Shown piece by piece: positions 16,520 through 25,591 of a DNA stretch of 64,000 nt. The notes beneath the pieces were generated by a model that did not search any database, had not been told where the DNA came from, and saw only the letters and a program-made list of their open reading frames with translations. Position 1 is the first letter of the stretch; every line of letters begins with the position of its first letter. The position numbers and the translations under genes are program-made. The stretch comes from a virus. The stretch is taken from IMG/VR virus record IMGVR_UViG_3300045988_150172; one strand, written 5' to 3'.

Positions 16520-17016
16520 ATGATAAAACGATAATAGGCGTTGATCCTGGAAAGGAAGGATTTATAACTGTAATGAGGGGTGGTGCGTTTGTTCACCATC
16601 CCATACCCATGGTAGGTCATCGGGAACTGGATATGGTTGCTCTTTCAGCTTTAATTGTTAGTATTGCAAGTGAATGTGATCCTAAGATGACACAGGTTGT
16701 TATAGAGGATGTTCATGCTATCTATGGTAGTTCTGCTGGAGCAACATTTACATTTGGAGGGATAGCCTATGCTCTTAGAATGGGGTTCATCATGGTGGGG
16801 CTTCCTGTGGTGCTTGTAGCTCCTAAGAAGTGGCAGAAGGAGATGTTTGAAGGGGTTAAGGTTGATCCAGATAAAAAGGTGATGTCCATAGCAGCCGCAA
16901 AGCGTCTGTGTCCTGGAGCTGATTTACGAAGAACACCAAGGTGTACCAAGCCTGATGATAATCTTACCGATTCGTTACTTATTGCCATCTATGGTTCAAG
17001 ACATTATGTATTATGA
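16516..17016 (+). CDS. ruvC: RuvC-like Holliday junction resolvase
   Basis: IIGVDPGKEG, VVIEDVHA and NLTDSLLIAIYG fit the RuvC acidic tetrad layout. Confidence 0.75.
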   Translation: MNDKTIIGVDPGKEGFITVMRGGAFVHHPIPMVGHRELDMVALSALIVSIASECDPKMTQVVIEDVHAIYGSSAGATFTFGGIAYALRMGFIMVGLPVVLVAPKKWQKEMFEGVKVDPDKKVMSIAAAKRLCPGADLRRTPRCTKPDDNLTDSLLIAIYGSRHYVL

Positions 17017-17366
17017 AATGGGTGTTAAAGTGTTCAAATAAGGCAGATTGTGAATTTGCTAATAGTGGTAAGTGGCTGGAGTCAGGCTGTTATACGCTAA
17101 AGTATGATAGGAAAAGGAAAAGAATGTTTCCAACTTCAGATGAGGATGTAAGGTGTCCAGTCTGTGGCAGGATTCTTCGATGGGAGGAGCAGTCTGTTCC
17201 TATATCAAATTTTGGTGTCAGTACATTTAATGGTCTTTCGGATGAAGCAAAGAAGAAAGTTCTTCGTGAAAGGTTTGATGCTGACAATAAGCGTACTGGG
17301 AATGACATTAAGGCAAATAATCATCGTAAGGCGATGGAAAAACTAATAGGATATGACAAGCAATGA
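17013..17366 (+). CDS. zinc-ribbon protein
   Basis: CPVCG plus an upstream Cys pair. ORF track. Confidence 0.5.
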   Translation: MKWVLKCSNKADCEFANSGKWLESGCYTLKYDRKRKRMFPTSDEDVRCPVCGRILRWEEQSVPISNFGVSTFNGLSDEAKKKVLRERFDADNKRTGNDIKANNHRKAMEKLIGYDKQ

Positions 17367-17670
17367 AATGTTTTTGGATGCCTGTCAAGGCATTGTAATG
17401 AACTGCAACAGGCAGATTCTTGTGATTAAGATTATGGATGAGTGGCGTGCAATTTTGACAAAATATGTTCGTCTTCCAAATAGAGAAGTTCGTTATTCTG
17501 AAGTTATAGGACAGGACATTACTAGAATAGTACAAAACTTTCAAAGTAATTTTCAGGGTATGACAGAGCAGCGTCTTGAAGAACTGGTACAGTCAGTATG
17601 TATACAGACGTTCAAATTTGGAACGAGTGATTACATTTGGCTAACACAGGTGGATTTGAATAAGGGCTAA
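17353..17670 (+). CDS. hypothetical protein
   Basis: ORF track. Overlaps the previous stop. Confidence 0.5.
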   Translation: MTSNEMFLDACQGIVMNCNRQILVIKIMDEWRAILTKYVRLPNREVRYSEVIGQDITRIVQNFQSNFQGMTEQRLEELVQSVCIQTFKFGTSDYIWLTQVDLNKG

Positions 17671-17693
17671 TTGATATATAATAACTACATTTG
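17670..17693 (+). promoter_or_regulatory. possible promoter (-7 box TACATTTG)
   Basis: TTGATATAT, then TACATTTG at 17686-17693. ATG at 17724. Confidence 0.35.
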
Positions 17694-17723
17694 TGTTGTA
17701 TATTGTTTAATGTTTTTTGAAAA

Positions 17724-18341
17724 ATGGATACGACACAGATTGTAAATTCAGCTATTGACACAGGCAAGGCGATTGGTGATGTTGGCATGATGGCTATTAC
17801 GGCCGGATTTTTTTTGGTTCTTTCTGGAATCCTTATGGTGGTGTGCTTTAAGTGGTTCATTAAACTTATTAACAGCATGATGGAGGATCAAAAGCGAACC
17901 ATGGAAGAACTTCTAAAGGAAACGCGCGATCAGAATTCAAAGCTTGCAGAACTGTCAGAATGTCTTACTCCTGAAAATCAGCTAAAGACAAAAGTGATTT
18001 CGAATGCTTTCTTTGACCTAGGTATTGAAAAGGTCTGTCGCGTCATTAAAAAGGTTAGAGTGGAAAACCACATCATTGATAAGGAAGCAACAACGGCAAA
18101 GGTTCATAAATTGCTGAAAAATTTGCATGATGATAGGAACAGTAAACTGGATTCGTTTGCCTATTTAGGCAGACCTCTTTCAAGTTATACTGATGAAAAG
18201 TGGGTTGCCAAGGTTGCAGAAGTCGTTCTTAGTGAAATTTACAATGAAAATGGAGTTAATGATGAAAGAGCCAATACGAACGTTACAGCCGTGTACGATC
18301 AGATAAAGTTGGACTTCTATAGTAATATGATGCAGAGATAA
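17724..18341 (+). CDS. membrane-anchored protein
   Basis: One hydrophobic segment, MMAITAGFFLVLSGILMVVCF, near the N-terminus. Confidence 0.6.
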   Translation: MDTTQIVNSAIDTGKAIGDVGMMAITAGFFLVLSGILMVVCFKWFIKLINSMMEDQKRTMEELLKETRDQNSKLAELSECLTPENQLKTKVISNAFFDLGIEKVCRVIKKVRVENHIIDKEATTAKVHKLLKNLHDDRNSKLDSFAYLGRPLSSYTDEKWVAKVAEVVLSEIYNENGVNDERANTNVTAVYDQIKLDFYSNMMQR

Positions 18342-18343
18342 TT

Positions 18344-19414
18344 ATGAGTCTTTTTGAATTTATAGCTAAATCACGTTCAGGTGTCTATAAGGATACTTCA
18401 GAAAATCGTAGACTTCATCGTGTAGGCCAGCGTTATGGTGCAATTCAACAGATTGTTGATGAGGGGGAACTTGTTCCTGGAATGCCTAATTCGACAAAGG
18501 TGAATCTGAAGAAGTACCTTTCAGGTAAGATGAAGCACCAAGTAGATGCATATATTAATGCACTAAAGGTTACTCCTGCTTGGAATGATATTGAGAAGCT
18601 TCGTGCTGTGACTAAAGCTTATCAGGATATGTTTAATGGCAGTTTTGATTCCTTGTCTAAAAGCAATAGAGCTCTTTTTGTTGAAATTGTTAAAAGACTT
18701 CAGAATAGAATTGCTGAACTTGGTGATGCGAAGAAACCTGATAATGCTGTTGTTACGACAAATGTGGGCACAAAATCTAAATTTGAACAGGCGGCTGAAA
18801 AGGCTGGTTTTGAACGTGGTGAGCCGATGTCTATTGATTTGGCTGATGATAAACATGCCAATCCTAAATATATGAAATCAGTTGATGGAAGTTTTCGTCC
18901 ATATACTTGTAATTGTCAGACATGCGTTGTTGCCTATGAACTTAGACGTAGAGGTTATGATGTAGAAGCAATGGGTGCTGGTGTTCAAAAGGGTTTTATT
19001 AATGAATATCAACACTCACTTGCACTTGATAGCACAAATGCCTTTTTGGGAATATCATTTAAGCGTTCTACATTAAATTGGAATAATTCAATTAAGAGTA
19101 ATACACCTAAAGGTCGTCGTGAGTATGTTGCTAATCTGTTTGATGCAACAAAAGAAGAGGGTCGGTATTTCCTTTCCATGAAAAATAGAAGAAGATCTAC
19201 TGGACACATTGTTGTAGTGGAATCCACTGAGGATGGTGGAAAACTTTTAGTTGATCCTCAATCTGGGGAAAGGATTAATCTTACTGATGGTGCTGCCGTT
19301 GATAAATACTTTTCTAGAGTAGATGTTAAGCATCTCTATAATAAAGTATTTAGGGTTGATAATCTGGAATTTAATCCTGCCGTGTTTACCGTTGTAACTA
19401 AAAATTCTGAATAA
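18344..19414 (+). CDS. NRRL-leader protein with papain-fold toxin-like (Gln-deamidase-like) C-terminal domain
   Basis: N-terminus SGVYKDTSENRRLHRVGQRYG. The C-terminus has CNCQTCVVAYELRRRGYDVEA...TGHIVVVES...LVDPQSG, a Cys-His-Asp arrangement like Tox-PL1 (from memory). Confidence 0.5.
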   Translation: MSLFEFIAKSRSGVYKDTSENRRLHRVGQRYGAIQQIVDEGELVPGMPNSTKVNLKKYLSGKMKHQVDAYINALKVTPAWNDIEKLRAVTKAYQDMFNGSFDSLSKSNRALFVEIVKRLQNRIAELGDAKKPDNAVVTTNVGTKSKFEQAAEKAGFERGEPMSIDLADDKHANPKYMKSVDGSFRPYTCNCQTCVVAYELRRRGYDVEAMGAGVQKGFINEYQHSLALDSTNAFLGISFKRSTLNWNNSIKSNTPKGRREYVANLFDATKEEGRYFLSMKNRRRSTGHIVVVESTEDGGKLLVDPQSGERINLTDGAAVDKYFSRVDVKHLYNKVFRVDNLEFNPAVFTVVTKNSE

Positions 19415-19416
19415 AA

Positions 19417-19653
19417 ATGATTGCTGAAAAGGACATATTGAAGATCTGTGAAGCAGCAGGTTGGAAAGGTGGAGAACTTCTTTATGGAGGTTTTGCCGAT
19501 GGAAAGTATTACGTATCCTATGGTGGTAAGAGTGAGGATGGTGTTATTCTGCTAGTGGGAGATCCTATAATTCTCATTGTAGAAAATGGTGTGTGTAGGG
19601 TTGCTACTGATAGTGAAAGGGTTTATTTTTATGAAAATTTCGTGAAAGATTAA
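19417..19653 (+). CDS. small partner protein (immunity-like), paralog of 20688-20925
   Basis: 78 aa, immediately after the toxin-like ORF. Ends ILIVENGVCRVATDSERVYFYENFVKD. Confidence 0.55.
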   Translation: MIAEKDILKICEAAGWKGGELLYGGFADGKYYVSYGGKSEDGVILLVGDPIILIVENGVCRVATDSERVYFYENFVKD

Positions 19654-19660
19654 GGAATAA

Positions 19661-19693
19661 TCCTTGGATATTTCAGAAAAGTGATTATATTTG
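19661..19693 (+). promoter_or_regulatory. promoter cassette
   Basis: TCCTTGGATATTTCAGAAAA, then TATATTTG at 19686-19693. ATG at 19712. Confidence 0.55.
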
Positions 19694-19711
19694 CGTTATA
19701 AAATTTAGGCT

Positions 19712-20440
19712 ATGGGCTTGTTTGAATACATAATTAAAGCTAAATCTGGTGTTTATAAGGATAATCCAGAGAATAGACGACTGCATAGGGCTGGATTACA
19801 ATATGGTCAGAAAAAGCAGCAGGAAAGCGTTCCTGATGTAAACAAGGAGGATTTTGAACTTGCGGAAGCAAAGGTCGAGAAAATGCTTGCCGTGAAACAG
19901 AACTTTGATAATGTTTCACAGGCTGTGTGTATGGAGGTTGGTTGTATTGTCTCCCCTACCAACATTAAAAAGCCCATAAGGATTGCTCAGAAAATGGCTT
20001 CTGATAATTCTACTATTGATGATATTAAGGATGTTATGCGTAACACCTTTGTTGTTAATAGTGACGCTGATGTTGGCAAGGTTATAGAAGTCATATCCAA
20101 GCATTATAAAGTCGTTAGAGTAAAGCGTCAAATGCCTGACAAGTTCGCTGGTTATAGTGGCAATATTGTCAATGTGGAGCTTCCTAATGGTGAAATTGGT
20201 GAAATGCAGGTGAACACGCCACAAATGATATTTGGTAAGGAGGTTGAACGTGATGCTAGAATGATTCTGGGTGATAGTCTATGGGAACGATTAAAGGCCA
20301 ATGCAGGAAACCTTATCCCTGGACTTGGTCATAGGATGTATGAGGTGCTTCGGGATGATTCCATTGACGATGAAAGACTTGATATTGTTGAACGCAATAG
20401 TAGAATTTATTATGATAGAATTAGAAAGATTTCGCTATGA
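19712..20440 (+). CDS. NRRL-leader protein with RelA/SpoT-like nucleotidyltransferase domain
   Basis: N-terminus SGVYKDNPENRRLHRAGLQYG. The C-terminal IDDIKDVMRNTFVV...FAGYSGNIVNVELPNGEIGEMQVNT follows the D..R / GY..H..V / E.Q.RT pattern of alarmone-synthetase folds, though divergent. Confidence 0.5.
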   Translation: MGLFEYIIKAKSGVYKDNPENRRLHRAGLQYGQKKQQESVPDVNKEDFELAEAKVEKMLAVKQNFDNVSQAVCMEVGCIVSPTNIKKPIRIAQKMASDNSTIDDIKDVMRNTFVVNSDADVGKVIEVISKHYKVVRVKRQMPDKFAGYSGNIVNVELPNGEIGEMQVNTPQMIFGKEVERDARMILGDSLWERLKANAGNLIPGLGHRMYEVLRDDSIDDERLDIVERNSRIYYDRIRKISL

Positions 20441-20685
20441 GAACAGTAACTAACAAGGAACTGGGGGAGTTGCTCCGTTCCAATGAAATGGTCTATCTAT
20501 TAGACGACACCGATGAAATTGCATGGGGGTTTCTTGGTGAAGGAAAGAACCGTAGAAGAGTGGTAAGCAAGGCAAAGGGAAGAGAGCCTTTCGAGCACAA
20601 CCCAAAGCAGCAGAACTCCAACAGTATGATCCGTGCCTATATGAATAAGGATGTGATGACAAAGGAGGAATTTGAAAATTACTGA
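20437..20685 (+). CDS. hypothetical protein
   Basis: ORF track. ATGA overlap with the upstream gene. Confidence 0.5.
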   Translation: MRTVTNKELGELLRSNEMVYLLDDTDEIAWGFLGEGKNRRRVVSKAKGREPFEHNPKQQNSNSMIRAYMNKDVMTKEEFENY

Positions 20686-20687
20686 AT

Positions 20688-20925
20688 ATGTGTGAGCGAA
20701 AGAATGACATATTAAAGGTCTGTCAATCGGCAGGTTATACAGAGGGAAACCTCATCTATGGTGGTTTTTGTCAATGGGAAACATTATGTGTCCTACGGGC
20801 AGGATGATGCGGAGGAACTCCAATGTGTAGGTGCTCCTGTCATTCTGATAGTAGAGAACGGTCTATGCAGAATTGCCACTGATGATGAACGAAATTACTT
20901 TTATAGATTTCTTGTGAAAGATTAA
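20688..20925 (+). pseudogene. frameshifted paralog of the 19417-19653 small protein
   Basis: Frame 1 (20688-20807) gives MCERKNDILKVCQSAGYTEGNLIYGGF. After the T5 run at 20765-20769 the homology continues in another frame (VNGKHYVSYG...VILIVENGLCRIATDDERNYFYRFLVKD, stop 20923-20925). Confidence 0.6.
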
Positions 20926-20968
20926 GGATGGTTATTGTATATGCGTTTCTGACAGAGTTAAAGACTAT

Positions 20969-21268
20969 ATGGAAATGAAAAATGATTTCGCGAAGTCCAT
21001 TCTTGACAACCCTTATAACAGGGTTGAGGGTGGCCAGAAGATTGAATTGTTCAATGTTCTGTCCAAGTACAGGTATCAGCGTCAGAATAGGCAGTTGACC
21101 ACCTATGTTGCGTATGCCGAGGATCTTGGAATAACCAAGGAGGAAGCTGTGGCTTACCAGAATTGGATAAACGACGGCAATCCGACAGGCATTGAGTCCG
21201 ATGAGCAGTTTTATGAGATTCAGAAACAGGTATATGGCAAGGTTGTTATAAAATTGTCGTGGCTTTAA
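20969..21268 (+). CDS. hypothetical protein
   Basis: ORF track. Confidence 0.5.
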   Translation: MEMKNDFAKSILDNPYNRVEGGQKIELFNVLSKYRYQRQNRQLTTYVAYAEDLGITKEEAVAYQNWINDGNPTGIESDEQFYEIQKQVYGKVVIKLSWL

Positions 21269-21289
21269 TTGATTTTTCATGGGTTATTC

Positions 21290-21321
21290 TTTTGGAAATT
21301 CAAGAACAACGACTATATTTG
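21290..21321 (+). promoter_or_regulatory. promoter cassette
   Basis: TTTGGAAATTCAAGAA, then TATATTTG at 21314-21321. This implies the real start is the ATG at 21349, not 21259. Confidence 0.5.
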
Positions 21322-21348
21322 CGTTGTAAAATTAAAAATGATTTTGTT

Positions 21349-21798
21349 ATGAACATGGTTGTTAAATCTAAAGATCAGTTTCGTCTGGCTACTGAAATCG
21401 CAGTTCAGGCACACAATGGGCAGGTTGATAAGAATGGAGTTCCGTATATCTGTCATCCTATTGCTGTTGCTAATAAATGTTCACTTCCAATAGCCAAGTG
21501 TATTGCTATGCTTCATGATGTGCTGGAAGATACAAAAGTTACAGCAACAGATTTGATTGGTATGGGTGTTGACCCATATATTGTTGAATGTGTGGGGAAG
21601 CTGACACACAGAAAAGGCACTCCATATTTGGACTATATTCAAAGTATAATTGATACAGGAATCTATAACGTTATCAGGGTGAAGTACGCTGACTTATGTG
21701 ACAATCTTGATCCTGCGAGGGGTGGTTTGAACGAGCGGAAGATGCCTTTGTATCTTAAGGCTAAAAGAATGTTGGAGGAAGCGTTATGTCGTGTATAG
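21349..21798 (+). CDS. HD-domain (p)ppGpp hydrolase-like protein (small alarmone hydrolase type)
   Basis: AVQAHNGQVDKNGVPYICHPIAVA and MLHDVLEDT match the RelA/SpoT hydrolase HD signature. Confidence 0.7.
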   Translation: MNMVVKSKDQFRLATEIAVQAHNGQVDKNGVPYICHPIAVANKCSLPIAKCIAMLHDVLEDTKVTATDLIGMGVDPYIVECVGKLTHRKGTPYLDYIQSIIDTGIYNVIRVKYADLCDNLDPARGGLNERKMPLYLKAKRMLEEALCRV

Positions 21799-23711
21799 AA
21801 CTAAGAAATGAAATCCTCCGTTTGAATTCTCTGTATAGGCAAGGTAAGCCGGAGGTCAGTGATGTTGAGTACGATTCACTTGTGGAGCAGCTGAGAGCTA
21901 TATCTCCTGATGATGACTTCTTCAAGTCGGGTGTTGCTGAAAAGGCAACAGATAGAATGCAGAAGCTTCCCCTTCCTATGTTTTCTCTGGAGAAAATAAA
22001 GACGTTTAAGGAGTTTTTGACGTGGGTTGATAGGATGGCTAGGGCTGGGTGTAAAAATCTCGTAATAACGCCTAAATACGATGGAATAAGTCTTCTTGTT
22101 AGTGAACTGTCACAGGCTGCCTGGACAAGGGGTGACGGTGTGCAGGGTCAGCGAAGCGATGCACACTTTTCACGAATGAAGAATGGTGAGGTTGAACAGC
22201 CTGTGTTTGAATATACATGGGGTGAAGCCATCTGTTCTAAAAAGGATTTTGAATCCGTTAAGGGTGAGTATAAGAATGTTCGCAACATGGTTGCAGGTCT
22301 GTTCAACTCTCCTATGGGGGCTAATACGGAACAGATAGGGGCTGTGACCTTTGTAAGGTACGGTATTGATTCTGATGAAAATAAATCCGTTCAACTGGAT
22401 TATCTTAATGGTCGTTACCAATACACTACACCATATAGACTGATACAGATTGAAAACATTCTTATGTATAATGAGAATGATGTGCTGGGTATGTTGGATA
22501 GGCTTTATAGAGAATGGAAGTTGGCATATCAGATAGACGGCCTAGTGATTGAGGTTGATGAAAACAGTGTTCGAAAGAAGTTGGGTCGCAAGCCAAATGG
22601 AAATCCTGACTATGCCGTTGCATTTAAGAGGGAGGAATGGTTGCAGTCCTATACAACAACCGTGGAAAAGGTTGAATGGAATGTTAGCAAGGATGGCTGT
22701 CTGTGTCCTGTGGTATGCGTAAAGCCTGTTGAGATGGAGGGTGCTACCGTGTCCAAGGTAACAGGATATAATGCTAAATACATTCTTGACAATCATATTG
22801 CAGGTGGTTCCACGATAGACATTATTCGTAGTGGTGACGTTATTCCAAAGCATATTAGAACGCTTGGTTATTCTACGGAAACATGTTCAAAGGAATTTCC
22901 TGCTGTCTGTCCATGCTGTGGCAAGCCTGTTCAATGGGATGCGACGCATACCGAGCTTGTATGTACGAATAAGAATTGTAGGCAACAGGTTATTTCCAGA
23001 ATGGTGTACTTTTTCAGAACAATGGGTTGTGAGGGTTTTGATGAACCTATCGTGCGTCGCCTGTATGACGCTGGAATGGATAGTATCCAGCTTGTCGTGG
23101 CGAGCAGGTCATTGGCATTTATGCACGTACTTGGAGAGAATAAGGGGTTGGCTGTATATAATGAGATCTGGAATAAGGTGCTTAATACAAAAAATCCTGT
23201 TGCAAGACTTATGACCGCATATAATGTGTTTGAGGGTGTTCTTGCTGAAAAGACAGCTCAAAGCATTATAGATGGAAGTGAAGCAGTTCAATATCTGTTG
23301 CGTTTCGGTATCAATCAACCTATGAGAGACAAGGATATTTTGGCAGTTCTTCACGAGGAGCTCTGTTCCATCTCTGGTGTGGGTGCTGTTACGGCTGACA
23401 CATTCATTACAGGCATGAATAAGTTCTTGGATATGAGGTGTCTGTATCCCTATTACACCTGCACCCCTAAGAAAAATTTGGCTGATAACTGTATGTATGT
23501 CTGCATGACAGGTTTTAGAGATAAGGAACTGGAGAATGAGCTTATAAAACAGGGGCACGAAGTTTTGAGCGGTGTTACGGCCAAATGTACTGTTCTTGTG
23601 GTGGCTGACTTGAATTCAACAAGCAGTAAGATGCAAAAGGCTCAGAAAATGGGAATTCGTATTGTGGACAGAAAGACATTTGAAGATGAAATATACAGCA
23701 ATAAGGGATAA
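21786..23711 (+). CDS. ligA: NAD-dependent DNA ligase
   Basis: Adenylation motif KYDGISL, Zn finger CPCCGKPV..CTNKNC, HhH region and a BRCT-like C-terminus. Confidence 0.9.
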   Translation: MSCIELRNEILRLNSLYRQGKPEVSDVEYDSLVEQLRAISPDDDFFKSGVAEKATDRMQKLPLPMFSLEKIKTFKEFLTWVDRMARAGCKNLVITPKYDGISLLVSELSQAAWTRGDGVQGQRSDAHFSRMKNGEVEQPVFEYTWGEAICSKKDFESVKGEYKNVRNMVAGLFNSPMGANTEQIGAVTFVRYGIDSDENKSVQLDYLNGRYQYTTPYRLIQIENILMYNENDVLGMLDRLYREWKLAYQIDGLVIEVDENSVRKKLGRKPNGNPDYAVAFKREEWLQSYTTTVEKVEWNVSKDGCLCPVVCVKPVEMEGATVSKVTGYNAKYILDNHIAGGSTIDIIRSGDVIPKHIRTLGYSTETCSKEFPAVCPCCGKPVQWDATHTELVCTNKNCRQQVISRMVYFFRTMGCEGFDEPIVRRLYDAGMDSIQLVVASRSLAFMHVLGENKGLAVYNEIWNKVLNTKNPVARLMTAYNVFEGVLAEKTAQSIIDGSEAVQYLLRFGINQPMRDKDILAVLHEELCSISGVGAVTADTFITGMNKFLDMRCLYPYYTCTPKKNLADNCMYVCMTGFRDKELENELIKQGHEVLSGVTAKCTVLVVADLNSTSSKMQKAQKMGIRIVDRKTFEDEIYSNKG

Positions 23712-25375
23712 TGCGGTACTTCTATCGTGACAGTGCTTGGTGGCACATCGGGTTTAGTTATGATCCGGAGCTGGTAAAGGAAGTCAAGTCCTTTGCCAAT
23801 TCCGGATTTAACCCTGAATTGCGCGAATGGTACGTTTTAATTCATATAACTACATTGGCAGCAGTGCAAAAGTGGCTTGCAGACAATAATTTTCGGGAGG
23901 AAAGGGTGTATATACCATCCAGGAGAGTTGTGGAGTATCAGGAACCACCTGAAGTGATTACGGCTGATGATGTGCTTGCAGCATGTAAGGAGGTTGAGTT
24001 AAAGCGTACACCACGACACTATCAGGCGGAGGGTATTGCCTATATGATTAATCACGGTAACTGTATAAATGGTGATGACTGTGGGCTTGGCAAAACCGGA
24101 CAGGCTATTGTTACTGTAGAGCTCATGGATGTGTTTCCTACTCTTGTTATCTGTCCAGCGTCCGTTAAATACAACTGGAAAAAGGAATGGCAGAGGTGGA
24201 ATCCAGCCAGAACGGTGGGTATAGTGGAATCTGGAAAGAAATATGATGAATCCGTATGGAACAGTGACGTGGTGGTTATAAACTTTGATATTCTTGGCGA
24301 GCGAAGTACGGATAAGCCAAAGGTGAAATATAAGGAGCTGTTGAAGAAATACTGGGGTTCATGTATAATTGATGAGATTCACTTTTTGAAGTCAGAAAAG
24401 GCAATTCGTACCCGAATGACCAAGAAGATAACGAAGCATATTGCTCACGTGTGGGGGTTGACTGGAACGCTGACGCAGAATCGTCCTCTGGAACTCATTC
24501 AGCCTTATCAGATACTTCGTAGGTTCAGCGAAATTTTTGGTGACACCCTTGCATTCAAGTTCAGGTACTGTGATGCAAAGAAGACGATGTTCGGTTTTGA
24601 TGCAAGTGGGTTCAGCAATCTGGAGGAGCTTCACGAACTGTTGCGAATGGCTGGGTATGTTCGACGGGATAAAAGAGATGTGCTTACGGAACTTCCACCA
24701 GTTATAGAACAGACAGTTGATGTTCCTATAAGCAATGCAAGAGAATATCACCATGCGGAGGACGACCTGTTGAACTATCTGGAGGCAATAGATGTGGAAA
24801 GGGCAAGTTCAGCGGCCAATGCTCCTCATCTTGTGATGTTGAATACACTCCGTACGTTGAGCATTGTGGGTAAGATGGCCTTTATCAAGTCCTATATTCA
24901 GGAGTGGCTTGAATCCAATGAGGAAAAACAGCTTGCTGTCTTTGGGGTGCATCGTGAGCCGCTTCAGGAGCTTGCAGATTACTTTAAGGCTCCAGTCATT
25001 CAGGGTGGTGTGTCCATAGAGAATAAACAGAAGATTGTGGATGCGTTTGCGGCACAGAAGCATCGTCTTCTGTTTGCCAACATTCAGTCGGCTGGAACAG
25101 GTACTGATGGACTTCAGACACACTGTTCAGATATGATATATATAGAACTTCCCGACCGAAGCACTGATGTTGAACAGACGAATGCTCGACTGGAGCGTAT
25201 GGGGCAGAAAAATACCATAACGGTTACCTATCTGTTGTCGCCTGAAACAATTGATGTTGAAATGAAGGAGACACTGGACGGTAAGAAGATGCTTACCGAT
25301 GTTGTGAATGCAGGGAAAAGCGAAAATGACCTCATTGCTATGAAATTTTTTAGAAATCGTAGGAGAAATCCATGA
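23711..25375 (+). CDS. SNF2-family helicase
   Basis: HYQAEGIAYM, DDCGLGKTGQAI, DEIHFLKS, LTGTLTQNRP and the C-terminal helicase motifs QSAGTGTDGLQ. Confidence 0.85.
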   Translation: MRYFYRDSAWWHIGFSYDPELVKEVKSFANSGFNPELREWYVLIHITTLAAVQKWLADNNFREERVYIPSRRVVEYQEPPEVITADDVLAACKEVELKRTPRHYQAEGIAYMINHGNCINGDDCGLGKTGQAIVTVELMDVFPTLVICPASVKYNWKKEWQRWNPARTVGIVESGKKYDESVWNSDVVVINFDILGERSTDKPKVKYKELLKKYWGSCIIDEIHFLKSEKAIRTRMTKKITKHIAHVWGLTGTLTQNRPLELIQPYQILRRFSEIFGDTLAFKFRYCDAKKTMFGFDASGFSNLEELHELLRMAGYVRRDKRDVLTELPPVIEQTVDVPISNAREYHHAEDDLLNYLEAIDVERASSAANAPHLVMLNTLRTLSIVGKMAFIKSYIQEWLESNEEKQLAVFGVHREPLQELADYFKAPVIQGGVSIENKQKIVDAFAAQKHRLLFANIQSAGTGTDGLQTHCSDMIYIELPDRSTDVEQTNARLERMGQKNTITVTYLLSPETIDVEMKETLDGKKMLTDVVNAGKSENDLIAMKFFRNRRRNP

Positions 25376-25414
25376 TATTTCGTTGTAATTATATAATTAA
25401 ATGAATTTCATTAG

Positions 25415-25591
25415 ATGAATACATTGAAAAGATTTAAGTGTAAATTCTTTGGTAGCAGAGAACGCAAGGGGCAAATCACACAGCAGACATCTTTTGTGAC
25501 AACCTATGACCGTGCTATGGTTGAGGATGTCCTTAGAAATCAAGGGTGGGTTAAGATCAACGGCCTAAAGATTAGAGAATGCGAAGAATAG
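25415..25591 (+). CDS. small hypothetical ORF (58 aa)
   Basis: Hand translation gives MNTLKRFKCKFFGSRERKG...KIRECEE. Overlaps the rnhA start by 13 nt. Below the track cutoff. Confidence 0.3.
   Translation: MNTLKRFKCKFFGSRERKGQITQQTSFVTTYDRAMVEDVLRNQGWVKINGLKIRECEE

Noticed and set aside
20840-21280. 146-aa minus-strand ORF.
   Set aside because: It is antisense to both the frameshifted paralog and ORF 20969-21268. It is hydrophobic and low-complexity, and has no promoter cassette on that strand.
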